64,000 nt of DNA from Eledone cirrhosa (lineage: Eukaryota). Both the position numbers and the translations under genes were made by a program. Below are positions 12,019 to 25,071 of the stretch, one piece after another. How positions within the stretch are numbered: the stretch's first letter is position 1; every line of letters begins with the position of its first letter. The stretch covers positions 87,110,001 to 87,174,000 of the forward strand of contig OZ024741.1 in assembly GCA_964016885.1 (NCBI GenBank), written 5' to 3'. The notes beneath the pieces are model-generated. The model was not told the DNA's origin. It saw only the letters and a list, made by a program, of their open reading frames with translations, and did not search any database.

Positions 12019-12951
12019 CTATAGTAAGGAGCCAATGCTCAGAGCTGTACTGAAGGAGGGGACAGTAGGCCAGGGGATATCCAAGGAGGAAATAACATCA
12101 AGGAGGAAGAGCAGCCTTAAGGGAAAATCCCTTCATAGTACCTTCTTTGAGAAAACTGAATTTAGAGATCCACAGACATGGAACTGGTTGAGAAGAGGAG
12201 ACCTCAAAAAGGCTACAGAAGGAATGCTAATGGCTGCGCAGGAGCAGGCCCTCAAAACGAAGTGGTTGAAGCACCATATCTACAAGGAGGAGGCTAGCCC
12301 ACTGTGCAGGATCTGTGGAGAGAGAGAGGAGACTGTGGCTCACATTGTGTCCGAGTGTAAACACCTAGCCCAGACCCACTATAAGGGCTGGAGACACGAT
12401 GTGATGGGCAGGGTGATCCACTGGCACCTGTGCAAAGTAAACAATCTACCACATTCTGAGAAATGGTATGAGCATAGGCCAGAGGCGGTGATGGAGAACA
12501 GTCAGGTGAAGGTGCTGTGGGATTTTAGGATACAGACGGACAAAAAACTGGAACACAATAGACCTGACCTGGTGGTTGTGGACAAAGAAAAAAGATCGTG
12601 CCTGATTGTGGATGTGTCCTGCCCGTTCGACACGAGAGTGCAAGAGAAGGAGAGGGAGAAAATTAACCGATACCAGGACCTAAAGTGGGAGGTGAAAAGG
12701 ATTTGGAACTGCCATGAAGTCAAAGTGATCCCGATTGTCATAGGCGCACTGGGGACTATCTCCAAAGGTTTCCAGGGATGGTTAAAGAAAATCGGCCCCT
12801 TCACGCTTTTTGGAACGCTTCAAAAGGCATGCTTGCTTGGAACGGCAAGAACCCTCCGATACGTCCTGAATATCTGAGGCTGCAGGTAGTGGCTTGATAT
12901 TCAATCCAACGGACTTTCCAGTTAACCAACATCAATGACTGAGATTCAAGG
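12017..12951 (+). mobile_element. Dong/R4 family B, 5'-truncated copy 1
   Basis: CRICGEREETVAHIVSEC, RHD, RPDLVVVDK, DVSCPFD and KINRY. 3' UTR ends GAGATTCAAGG then (TAA)n. Confidence 0.9.
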
Positions 12952-12963
12952 AATAACAATAAC

Positions 12964-13001
<38 letters not shown>

Positions 13002-13010
13002 GAAGAAGAA

Positions 13011-16000
13011 GAAGCAGACAATGATCTGAATGCTGAGATAAATAATACCTGGAACAGAGATACGGCCACTGAGGAGATGAATGCTGACGGGCTAGGACAA
13101 GATTTGGTAGATATCCTAAACTTAGTGGTAGATGAATTGAACAATGATAGTGGGAGACCTATGAACCTAAGATTTGTAGACAGGAAAAAGTTAAAAGAAA
13201 CAACAGCTAAGGTAAACAAAGTCATCCCATACCTTGAGGCGAGGAGCCTTCACCAGTGCAACAATATCCTCAAAGCAACAGCAAATACGGTGAGGAAACT
13301 ACTTGGTATAAAAGCGAGAGGAAACAACAGACAAAAAAGAGCAGAGCCTTGGTGGAAGAAACGACTCAGTGGTCAAATCAGGGAAATGAGAAATGACATT
13401 GGAAAGCTTGAGTCCCTACTGAATGGGACACTAAAAAACATAGACACTAAAAATAGACTGGAAATAAAGTACAAAACTAGGAGGAAAAAGCTAAATATTA
13501 TCATAGAGGAACTGAAGCAACGCATTGTAGCAAAGAGTGCAAAAGTCAGGCGATACGAGAACAGAGTCAGTCAGTATAGACAGAACCGCATGTTCGACAA
13601 CAACCAGAAGATGCTGTTTGGACAGCTTGAAGGGAAAGAAAGAGGCAACGACTTGATCCCTGAGGCGGAACAAACTAAGACATTCTGGAGAGGAATATGG
13701 GAGCAGGATGTTAAACATAATGACCAAGCAGTGTGGATTGAGACAGTACAGAAGGAGATCAGTGAACAGGCACACCAACAAACTGATTTGAATATCACAG
13801 TTGAAACTCTTAAGGGGCAGGCCAAAAAACTAACCAACTGGAAATCACCTGGCCCAGATGGTGTGCAGGGGTGTTGGATTAAAAACATAACATCCCTCCA
13901 CCCGAAACTGACAACCATGTTCAATGACTGCTTGGTGTCAGGTGAGGTACCAGAGTGGTTGACAAAATGTACCACAGTTCTGATAATGAAAGACCGAATC
14001 AAGGGTAATGATGTTACCAACTATAGATCTATCACATGTCTGTCCGTAATGTGGAAACTGTTGACAAGCATTATGTCTGAGGAAATCTACCACCACCTCC
14101 ACACAAACAACTTGTTACCGGACGAACAGAAAGGATGCCGAAAGAAGTCACGTGGTACAAAGGACCAGTTACTTATTGATAAGATGGTAATGAGGAATTG
14201 CAAGAGGAGACACACTGGTCTTGCTATGGGATGGATAGACTACAAAAAGGCATTTGACATGGTGCCTCATTCTTGGATCACCAAAAGCCTGGAGATCTTC
14301 AAGGTGGCAGATAACATCAGACAATTGTTGGGCAAAAGTATGAAGTCCTGGGAAACAGAGTTAATATCAACTGGAGAATCCTTGGGAAGCGTGAAGATCA
14401 AGGGAGGTATCTTCCAGGGAGATAGTCTGTCCCCTCTGTTGTTTGTCCTTGCCCTGATGCCCCTGACCAGTGTACTGCGAAAAGTGAGAGCAGGATACGG
14501 GTTGGGAAAGGGAGGGCTTACCATCAATCACCTCCTCTTCATGGACGATCTTAATCTCTTCGGGAAGAGTGAGAAGGAGTTGGATGTGCTTGTTGACACT
14601 GTCCGTATTTTCAGCAATGATATATGTATGCAATTTGGTATTAGTAAGTGTGGAGTCATTGTGATGAGGAGGGGTAAGTTGAGCAAAAGTAACGGAATCC
14701 AGATACCAACAGGTGAGATGATAAAGGAAATTGACTCTGAGGAAGGATACAAGTATTTGAGCGTTCTGGAGGCTGATGGCATAAAGAACAAAAAAATGAA
14801 GGAATTGATAAGAACTGAATACCTTCGGAGAGTAAGGAGCGTATTAAAGTCACATCTGAACAGTAGGAATGCCATAAGTGCAGTAAATTCCCGAGCTGTG
14901 TCTATTATTAGGTACAGTGCTGGAATTCTGAGATGGAATGTTGCTGAACAAAAAGAAATGGATAGGAAGACTAGGAAGCTATTGACTATCTACAATATGT
15001 TCCACAAGAGGAGTGATGTCGATAGACTCTACTTAAGGAGATCTGAAGGTGGAAGAGGTCTTATCAGCATAGAGGACTGTGTTCAGATGGAGAAAAACAA
15101 CCTACACAAATACGTGACTGATAGTAAGGAGCCAATGCTCAGAACTGTACTGAAGGAGGGGACAATAGGCCAGGGGATGTCCAAGGAGGAAATAACATCA
15201 AGGAGAAAGAGCAGCCTTCAGGAAAAATCCCTTCATAGTACCTTCTTTGAGAAAACTGAATTTAGAGATCCACAGACATGGAACTGCTTGAAAAGAGGAG
15301 ACCTTAAAAAGGCTACAGAAGGAATGCTAATGGCTGCGCAAGAGCAGGCCCTCAAAACGAAGTGGCTGAAACACCATATTTACAAGGAGGAGGCTAGCCC
15401 ACTGTGCAGGATCTGTGGAGAGAGAGAGAGGAGACTGTGGCTCACATTGTATCCGAGTGTAAACACCTAGCCCATACTCACTATAAGGGCTGGAGACATG
15501 ATGTGATGGGCAGGGTGATCCATTGGCACCTATGCAAAGTAAACAATTTACCACATTCTGAGAAGTGGTATGAGCATAGGCCAGAATCGGTGATAGAAAA
15601 CGATCAGGTGAAGGTGCTGTGGGATTTTAGGATACAGACGGACAAGAAACTGGAACACAATAGACCTGACCTGGTGGTTTTGGACAAAGAAAAAAGATCG
15701 TGCCTGATTGTGGATGTGGCCTGCCCATTCGACACGAGAGTGCAAGAGAAGGAGAGGGAGAAAATTAACCGATACCAGGACTTAAAGTGGGAGGTAAAAA
15801 GGATTTGCAACTGCCATGAAGTCAAAGTGGTCCCGATTGTCATAGGGGCACTAGGTACTATCTCAAAAAGTTTCCAAGGATGGTTAAAGAAAATCGGCCC
15901 CGCCACGTTTTTTGGAACGCTTCAAAAGGTATGCTTACTGGGAACAGCAAGAACCCTCTGATACGTCCTGAATATCTGAGGCTGCAGGTAGTGGCTTGAT

Positions 16001-16053
16001 ATTCATTTCAACAAACTTTCCAGTTAACTAACATCAATGACTGAGACTCAAAG
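13011..16053 (+). mobile_element. Dong/R4 family B, copy 2 (RT ORF 13077-15470, frameshift in GA run ~15420, premature stop 15961)
   Basis: RT motifs KSPGPDG, WIDYKKAFD, GIFQGDSLSP, FMDDL plus RLE. (TAA)n on both sides. Confidence 0.9.
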
Positions 16054-16062
16054 AACAACAAC

Positions 16063-16092
<30 letters not shown>

Positions 16093-16093
<1 letters not shown>

Positions 16094-16181
16094 CTTTCTT
16101 TATTAACCATAAGGGTTTACACAAAGTAGACATTAAGGACTGTACAGGTCAATACAGGACGGTACAAATGGGCATTTCTGC

Positions 16182-16213
<32 letters not shown>

Positions 16214-16275
16214 GATGTAATAAAAGAACAATGAAAAATTCCCCAATAGGGGGGAAACTTCCGAGGGCCATCGTG
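16093..16275 (-). mobile_element. Tx1 family 3' UTR fragment
   Basis: Matches 24805-24995 and 32000-32175, with the same junction to (AAT)n. Confidence 0.85.
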
Positions 16276-16586
16276 CAAGAAAAGGAGAGGGAGAAAATTA
16301 ACCGATACCAGGACTTAAAGTGGGAGGTAAAAAGGATTTGGAACTGCCATGAAGTCAGAGTCGTCCCGATTGTCATAGGCGCACTAGGTACTATCTCAAA
16401 GAGTTTCCAAGGATGGTTAAAGAAAATTAGTCCAGCCCCGCTTTTTGGAACACTTCAAAAGACATACTTGCTGGGAACAGCAAGAACCCTCCGATACGTC
16501 CTGAATATCTGGGGCTGCAGGTAGCGGCTTGATATTCATTTCAACAAACTTTCCAGTTAAATAACATCAATGACTGAGACTCAAAG
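16273..16586 (+). mobile_element. Dong/R4 family B 3' fragment (copy 3) fused to the Tx1 fragment
   Basis: VQEKEREKINRYQDLKWEVK...LRYVLNI and the family B 3' UTR. Confidence 0.85.
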
Positions 16587-16619
16587 AATAACACTATGAT
16601 TAATTATTAATTAATGCAA

Positions 16620-16896
16620 TCGTGCAATGCCTGTGCGTGAAGAATATTTTAAAGTGAGGAAATACTGTGCACTGAGCCAATCCCACTCTCTGAGCCACAG
16701 TAACTATAACTCGAAAAGAAGAAAAGATCAACATCATCGGTAACTACTGAGCCGAAGGATTTATGTCGGAGTTAAACCAGTTTCCTGAGATGCCTTCTCC
16801 TAGAAGAATGCCCGGACAAGGGCTAGGGGTCCTTCACCCCCAGTGGTTTAACTGCGCGATCGGGTATCCAGCCCGATTATTTCTATGTCCCCACGC
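16620..16896 (-). mobile_element. RTE-like 5' UTR fragment related to the 5' half of the short RTE-derived element
   Basis: GCAATGCCTGTGC..AGCCAATCCCACTCTCT..AAAAGAAGAA..TCAACATCAT..CCTTCTCCTAGAA aligns to 3782-3944 and extends further. Confidence 0.5.
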
Positions 16897-17004
16897 ATAA
16901 AAAAACTCACTTATTGCCCCTCATACGTACGACACACACACAAACATACTCACACACACACACACCAACACTCATGCATACAAACACACACACGCCACTC
17001 ACTT

Positions 17005-17054
<50 letters not shown>

Positions 17055-17239
17055 CCGTCATTACTGATACAAGATTATGTCAACTGTTGACTTTCGAAAG
17101 AGTTCGTATAATTCAAGCCATTCGTGTTACTATTCAGTATTATTATAATTGCTTTACAGCATAGAGCTATGGCCCTCTACGTTCCGAGTTCAAATACTGC
17201 CGAGGTCAACCGAGGTCAACATACATATATACATACATA

Positions 17240-17531
17240 GTGGCTGCCAACTCGTTTTCGAGTACGGCCACTACTTTATATCCATGTAGGAGAACCCCTA
17301 CCGATGCGCTGGGACGAGTGTGACTTTTTAGTCCAGCTAGCGACTTGAAAACTCTGGTACAAACACTACACTTGTGACAATTATTGACACATAGTGCTGG
17401 GCCCATGGTACCATGTGAAGACAAGTGCAGAGAGATCTCCAGATATAAAGCAATGCCTGTGCCGTGAAGCTTTTATAGTGAAGCTTTTATAGCACTGCAC
17501 AAAGTCAGTCCCACTCTCTTAACCAAGATGA
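17240..17531 (-). mobile_element. RTE-derived short element, copy 3, in (TACA)n
   Basis: Closely matches copy 1, with TACA runs on both sides. Confidence 0.65.
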
Positions 17532-17613
17532 CATACATAGATACATACATACATACATACATACATACATACATACATACATACATACATACATACATAC
17601 ATACATACATACA

Positions 17614-20600
17614 CAATGACAGTGAAGCATTATCTTGGTGATAGCAGAGATATTATGAAGAACAAAACCCCACCAAAAATACCATCATATATAACTAAAA
17701 TAGAAAAAAAGATTGCTGACCTACGAAAAACCATAGGATATGTGACAATGCTCCTTATATGCAAACAAACACAAAAAATTCACTCCTCACCAACAAAGAG
17801 TGAAAAATAAAATAGAGACGATGTTTGGTAACAGTAAAACCAGAACTCTTCAATATAAGCTGATCACCCTCAAACAAGAATTGAGAGCTGTTAGCAAAAA
17901 TCGCCGATACCTGAAGAAGGTACATGGAAAGAAAGGTGCTTAATAAAAGATTTAGACGAAACCAAACATCAGTCTATAGAGATATGAAGGGCAAAATAAT
18001 ATGTGTCACTGAGGCCCCATCCCAGAAAGACATAGATTCCTTTTGGAGAAAAATATGGGGTGAAAAGAAGAATTTCAACCAAGATGCAGTGTGGCTAAAA
18101 GAAATCCAAAAGAACTATTGCTCCTACACTACAACAAAAACATACGAAATAAGTGAGGGTACCCTTGAGACTGTGATAGAAAAACTCCAAGATAAGAAAA
18201 CACCAGGAAGAGACATGATTGTCGGCTACTGGTACAAAAAACTGATATTCTATCGGAGGTATCTTACCGACCTCTACCAACAAGTTCTTAAGGGAGATAC
18301 ACTTATACCAGAATGGTTGACATTAGCACAAACATTACTGGTCCCCAAGAACAAAGACACCCACCTGACAAAAAACTACCGACCCATTGCATGTCATAAC
18401 CTGATGTATAGGATGTATACAGCCTGCCTGAACCTATTCCTCCAAGATCACTGTGAAAATAATAACATCTTCACAGATGAACAAGCAGCTGGAAAGAAAG
18501 GGGTTTGGGGATGTGCTGAACAACTCCTAATCAACAAAACTGCGATGTCGGAGGTGCGACAACTTAGGAGGAATGTGGCTACAGTCTGGCTGGACTACAG
18601 GAAAGCTTTCGATTCTGTTCCCCACTCTTGGATGATAGAGGCCCTCCGACTTGCTAAAGTTATCAGAGCCATAGAGAAGCTGTCTTCTTCTTGGGCTACT
18701 ATCCTAAGGTTAAAGACAGAGAAGGGGGACTCTATTTTCACTGATAAAATAAAATATCGCAGGGGTATATTTCAGGGAGACCGTCTCTCTGTGATATTCA
18801 TCCTGTTATTAAACCCCTTGTCCTTTCTGCTCACAGAAATGTGAAGGATACATCATTGGCTCACAGGACAGAAATACGAACCTAACCCATAATTTCTTTG
18901 TATATGATCTGAAACTCTATGCCAAGAACATGGATGGGATGAAGAAAAATCTTGACCTGATTACAACATTCTCAAAGGATATAGGAATGGAGTTTGGCCA
19001 AGATAAATGCTCATATATGACTGTAAAGCGAGGGAAAACAACAACCCAATCTAGCAACATTTGTATTAATGGCCTAACTGTTTCACCAATATCTGATGAG
19101 GACTGCTACAGATACCTGGGGATAGATGAGAACATATCCTATAATGGTATCTGTAATAAGGAACGCGTAAACCAGGGAATACTACACCCGATTAAGAAAG
19201 ATATGGTCATCGGAACTCTCTGCGCAAAACAAAACAGTGGCTCACAATGTGTTTGCTGTGCCTGTCCTAACACCAACTTTTGGAATACTCAATTGGACGA
19301 TAGACGAAATCCGAGCGATTGATGTTAGAACTCGAAAAATACTAAACAACACCGGAAACTTCCACATCAACAGTGACATAGACCGCCTTTACTGAAACGT
19401 AAGCAGGGAGGCAAAGGCCTAACATCAGTCCAGACAGCATTTGAATGTCGCATCATATCTCTCCGACAACATATACGAACCTCAAAGCGTTGGAGCCTGT
19501 CTCTCAAGCAAGTCCATCTGCATGAAAGATAAGATCATGAGAGTTGGGAAGGAACTCCTCGAGAGGTATTCCCTGTGTGATAATCAAAAACTCACACCCA
19601 GGGAAGTTGCTCAGCAGTATCGCAGTGAATCCATGGATGAAAAACCGCATGCTTATCAACAAAAAATCATACATGGATATGTTGCCAGGAAGCTCCAGGG
19701 TGAGAGTAATATAGATAAAGAAAGTAGTCTATCTTGGACCAACAACCGCTATATTGGCTCCCACTTTGAAGGATATGCTTTTGCAATCCAAGAACAGGAA
19801 ATCAACACGAAATACTTGATTCACAAAAGTGATAGGGATGCAGGAAAAACACCTAGATGTGATAACACGTGCAGACTCTGCAGAATTAACATCGAAGATG
19901 TCACCCATGTCATAAGCAGCTATCCAAAGATGTCATCGCGGTACTATCTACCTATGAAGCATGATGTACGATGCAATCCGTAGAAAAGATAGCCCCGATA
20001 ATAAATACATTAAACGCTACAGCAATGTGGAAGACATACATATACATAATATGAAAGAGTACTGGTGGAATGTTCCAGTAAAAACCCCAATAAAATGCAG
20101 GCATAACAGACCAGATATTATGATATGGGACAGGGAAAAGAAGGCATGCACAGTAGTGAAAATTAGCTGTCCAGCAGATGCCAATATAATATCAAAGATT
20201 AGCGAAAAGGAGAATATTTATGCTGAACTGATGAGAAATCTGCAGATACTCCACCCTGATTATACCTTCAGATTTATACCTGTAATTATTGGCGCACTGG
20301 GATATATTCGTAACTGCCTCAATACAAATCTTGAGAAGCTAGGCTTCACAGGAACAGAAAGAACACAACTAGTTAGGAAATTACAAGTACAATCCATTAA
20401 TGGAACAGTAAAAATATGTAAAACATTCCCAAAATGTTGCATCTAATAACTGCATATACACATGTACATATACTAAGCATATACGCATGCACACATACAA
20501 CTTAAAACATCCACATCCACACATACAATAACATCCATATCTACACATGCATGCAGACATGGATACATATCTACCTAGTTGATGTTGTGTAAATTCCAAT

Positions 20601-20680
20601 GAGAGAGTCTTGTGTCTATGTTAGAAACCGACTCTCTCTCTCTATTGGCAAAAATTTGTGAAATTATCAAACCAGAAGAA
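17614..20680 (+). mobile_element. R4/Dong-clade retrotransposon (family A2), 5'-truncated, multiply frameshifted, in (CATA)n
   Basis: KTPGRD, KNYRPIAC, WLDYRKAFDSV, GIFQGD, then CRLC..EDVTHV and HNRPDIMIWD. Ends CAGAAGAA|CATACATA. Confidence 0.85.
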
Positions 20681-21573
20681 CATACATAAATACATACATA
20701 CACCGTGGTCAGAACGATATTCAGACATATGTAATTACCGATTTATGAAGGCAAATAATATATTATACTGTGGAATAATCAGCTGCAGAATTCAGGTAAG
20801 ATTACACACGAATCTTAGTATCCAAACACTACCTATACTGAAACATACATACTTATAAGCTAAATAACGCTAAAACAAATACTCGAAAGAACAATTCAGA
20901 CATACTGCCAATATTTTGTAAGTTAATTAAATATTTATGTTTTGATACAATTGCAGAATTATAAACAATATTGAAGAAAATAAATCTCAAGCTGTGAGTA
21001 ACTTGAAATTTAATCATGACTAAGATTTGTTGAATCTTCTAAAATGCATCCTCGATTATATATAATTAATTATGAATTAACAGGAAGTGGACAACTCAGC
21101 ATGACTAAAAATATAAATCCCCATAATTTTAATCGTGATTATAAACGCAGAATCAAAGAGAGTTAACACATTAACAAAGTGTTAGATGAGACATAAATAC
21201 AATCTGAACATAAATGTTTTGCTTTTATACGAAAACTGAAACATCTGTGGAATATCAGACAGCCAGAGCTCCTACGCAAGCTTAAACCATCTTAAATAAC
21301 AGACTAAAGGGCTTAACAAAAGAACTCTGATTCGTATAACTGAATCATCTGGATCAACACAAACTAACAATATGGCAATAATAAAAACATAGACCTGAAA
21401 TATGGACCATTCAAAACAAACATACAAAGAGGAGTCTTCTCAACTAGATATGGTTGTATTTAAGGGATCCCAGTCAATAGATATCAAAACAACATACAAC
21501 AGTCTAAATCTTTTAGTGTATGTGTTAACAATTGATAACTCATCGCAAGAAACTAAAGCAACAAAATCAGATA

Positions 21574-21893
21574 TAGTCGAACTTCGGTTTACGAACGCCT
21601 CTCATCACGAACAAATCGGTTCAGGAACAATTTTTCCGAACTTAAAATATCTCGATTCACGAATCGAACGGTGTCTCGAGTAATGAACATGCAAGCCGGC
21701 AACAACAGTTGGCAACAAGCTTGGAGAATCGGCAGGAAAGCGTCATTTGGTGATATCTATCTGTCTTTCACATACAGTTTCTCTCTCACTGTATTTCTCT
21801 CTTAACATTTCGTGTAGAAAAATAGTTTCGGTTTACGAACATTTACGGACGGTCTTACGGAACAAATTAAGTTCGTGAACCGAAGTTCCACTG
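21574..21893. mobile_element. Tc1/mariner/pogo-type MITE with TIRs and TA target duplication
   Basis: TA|TAGTCGAACTTCGGTTTACGAAC ... GTTCGTGAACCGAAGTTCCACTG|TA. Confidence 0.75.
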
Positions 21894-22184
21894 TACAGGC
21901 ATACGACATGAGGTAAGAATAGACACGTAACTGGAAAAACAAAATAGTCTATTCCTACGAAGAAACTATTCACATATTCTCGTGGTTATGAAATATTGCA
22001 CAGACAAAACAGTTACAAAACATTCGAAACTTTCTATTACTGTCATCACTTGCAATCAAGTGCGGCTTGTTAGACTGTACCATGCTTTTTACTAGAGGTT
22101 TTAATGCCTATGCAGTCACGAGCAAACATGGACATCTCGATCCTCCCTCCCAGGAATGTGTTATCCGGATGGAGATAGAGCTGC

Positions 22185-22300
22185 ACCAGCACTGGGCTAA
22201 TATTATTTTTATCGATCCCAAAAGGATGAAAAGCAAAGTGGATCTCGGCGCTATTTGAACTCAGAACACAGAGATCCACGACGCTCTAACGACTCTGCCA
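22185..22300 (-). mobile_element. tRNA-derived SINE (same family as 9524)
   Basis: Minus: TGGCAGAGTCGTTAGAGCGT...CTGAGTTCAAATAGCGCCGAGATCCACTTTGCTTTTCATCC. Confidence 0.65.
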
Positions 22301-22319
22301 AATCGATCACCTTATCAGA

Positions 22320-23700
22320 AACGTATGAATAAGAATTAGAAATCATTTGAGAGACAACATTTAAAACCTTAACTTCTAAACTATATCAGAGGAAACGAGA
22401 AATTATAGCCATAGGTGAAAACAAACATATTATAAACAGAGAAAGCTGGCTTGACTGTTTGCAAATGATCTTAATAGCTTCAGCATAAACAATAGAATTT
22501 CTGAAAACAAAACACCAGATCAAAAGTTAAACGCTACTGGAGATTTATATGTGGAAGAAATGACAAGTTCAATGATAAAAGCTGTATGGCTGTATGGCTA
22601 GAAGAACTAGAACTGAAAATAAAAGCAATGTAAAATTGATAACACTGTACTGCAAAATGTCATAAAGAAAATGAAAAAGCATAAAATCCCCAGGATTGCC
22701 TAATCATTTAACTGGCTTTGAGTTTTAACATTCTCACTTTTTAAGAGTCGCGATTTGATGACATATAAATCAATGACTAAAATGGTGGCTAGTTAGGAAG
22801 AAAATGGAGAAACACAACCAACAATTGTGAAAACGCAAAGCTAAAAGTGGAGATAAAGAATGACATGATAAAATGATAGTAAGGACCTCTACATGGTCAA
22901 TATGAATATAGGATGGGAATGTATAAAGAAAACACGCAACTCTAGCTGAAAAACGAAGGACTGAGCGCTGTGACTGAACTATTCTTGATTGGATTCAAGA
23001 TGAAAGGATTCGGAATAAAAGCCTTCCCTATCACTAGAAATCACCAAAAGCGCATAATTGAACAGAGTACATGAAGTAACTGCAGAATATGAAGGGAAGA
23101 AACAATTAACAACATTGTCTCGAGCTGCCCAGTTTTATCATAGAAAAGATAAACTCACAGGAATTATAGAATTAGAGCTTACAGAAACGAGAAGCTTTGC
23201 CAGCATTATGAAATACTAAGAGAGAAACGTGGCACAAATATACACCAGAAAATATATGAAGGGATGACAAAGCAACTATACCCTACTTAATACAGTCAGG
23301 GAGATCAATGTTTATTGACCAGTTATCGTTGTTGGGGGCAACCAGGAAAAAGTGCCTCCAAATCGAAATATCAGTACCAACAAATGATACAGTATTATTC
23401 ATAGAAATTGAGATACTCAATGATAAAGGTATAGAAATAAAGAAAACTCGAAAATGGGAAATGAAAAGAGAAACAAGGTGCTTTGGGAATTATTGAAAAA
23501 ACACCTACTAACAATAACCAAATTCGCAGGACAGAGAAATATTCACAACATACAGAAAATAGGTCTGCATGTTGGGCACTACATGCATATTTCATTGAAT
23601 ACTTCAGTACAACAGCAAATACATAATCAAAAGTAAACACTGCACATTCCCAAGGCGATCAAAGCCGCGTTCGGTTGGGCTACGAAAGCATGCAATAAAG
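22320..23700 (+). pseudogene. Old decayed Dong/R4-like element ending in (TAA)n
   Basis: Residual KSPG (~22685), CRI..ETIN.IVSSCPVL (~23080-23140) and LGT (~23570), with (TAA)n at ~23713. Confidence 0.5.
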
Positions 23701-23729
23701 ATAACAATACTAAATAATAATAATAATAA

Positions 23730-24392
23730 CTAGCAGTGGTACCCGGCGTTGCACGGGATAAGGTATTTTGGAACGCGGGCCGCCAACAGACCTAATCGTG
23801 GAAAAACTGTATGCCTGGACAGTATGTAAAGAAAATAAACCGAACACTCTGATGCAATTAGCAGCAGACGTCGGTCGGAAGGTACGACGTAGGCAATTGT
23901 GTGAAGTTCGAGCGGGGGTGGGGCATGTATAAGTAGTGTTTTTGGGGCGATTCCAAAAAATGAATTTTTTTTATGTGCATAATATGCCTTGAAATTTCGG
24001 GAAAATCGGCTAGACGTAACGCCTCAAAAAAGCCCTAAAAAGCTGAAAAAATGAAGTTTTTCACCTACTGCAGGCCCTAGGCCATAAACAAGTTGGATTT
24101 ACTTTGCTCATGGTATGAAGAAGAGACTGACTAATACATTGTTACAATTTCAAGGAAATCGGTCTGACGTAATGCCTAAAAAAACTCCTAAAAAGCTGAG
24201 AAAACGCAGTTTTTCACCTAATGCGGGCCTTAGGGGACGAAAAAGTTGAAACATAAGTAGAAACAAAAAGTTGAAACATAAGTAATACACATGTAAAATT
24301 TGAAGAAAATGTGTTGGGTACTTCTTGAGTTTTAGGGATTCAAACTCACAGACACACACACAGACAGGCATCCTCAGTTTTATATATATAGA
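23730..24392 (-). mobile_element. Non-autonomous Helitron
   Basis: Minus: A|TCTATATATATAAAACTGAGGATG ... CCCG-TGCAACGC-CGGG-TACCACTG-CTAG|T, i.e. TC start, 3' hairpin, CTAG end and A/T target. Confidence 0.8.
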
Positions 24393-24397
24393 TAATA

Positions 24398-24744
24398 GGG
24401 TAAGGGTAAAGATCCCCTTCGGTGACGAGAGACATGGGATTTACACCTAGAAAGTTCCCCCTCCGCACACAAGTCCGAGCAAGGTTATTTGTGGAAGACC
24501 AACAGTTGCCCATGCATACCAGTCTCCACTCTCCACGCCACCGATGCTGTCCAAGGGAAAGGCAAAGGCAGATACATCTTGGCACCAGTGACATCACAAC
24601 TCATTTTTACCGCTAGGTAAACTGAAGCAACGTGAAATAAAGTGTCTTGCTCAAGAACACAACGCAAAGCTCGGTCAGAGAATTGAACTCACAACCTCGT
24701 GATTGTAGGCCCGACGCTCTAACAAATAAGTTATGTGCCTTCAC
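24398..24744 (-). mobile_element. tRNA-derived CORE-type SINE
   Basis: Minus: GTTAGAGCGT..GAGTTCAATTC boxes, CORE-like TGTGTTCTTGAGCAAGACACTTTATTTCAC and tail TTTACCCTTACCC. Confidence 0.7.
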
Positions 24745-24750
24745 AACAAC

Positions 24751-24806
<56 letters not shown>

Positions 24807-25071
24807 TTTCTTTATTAACCACAAGGGTTTACATAAAGTAGACATTAAGGACAGTGCAGGACAATGCAGGACGGTACAAATGGGCATTTCTGCGTGTAAA
24901 AAAACAAAAACAGAGGATGTAACAAAAATAACAATGAAAATAACAATGAAAAATTCCCCAATAGGGGGGGGGGGGGACTTCGGAGGGACATTTGTGGAGA
25001 AAGCCCAGTAAAAAGCCACAATGACCCTGACCACCAAGGCAAGTGCCCTCTCCCAGTTTTCCACCTTTAGT

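Noticed and set aside
16790-16896. HDV-like ribozyme in the RTE-like 5' UTR
   Set aside because: Hairpins are present, but I could not fit the nested double-pseudoknot order.
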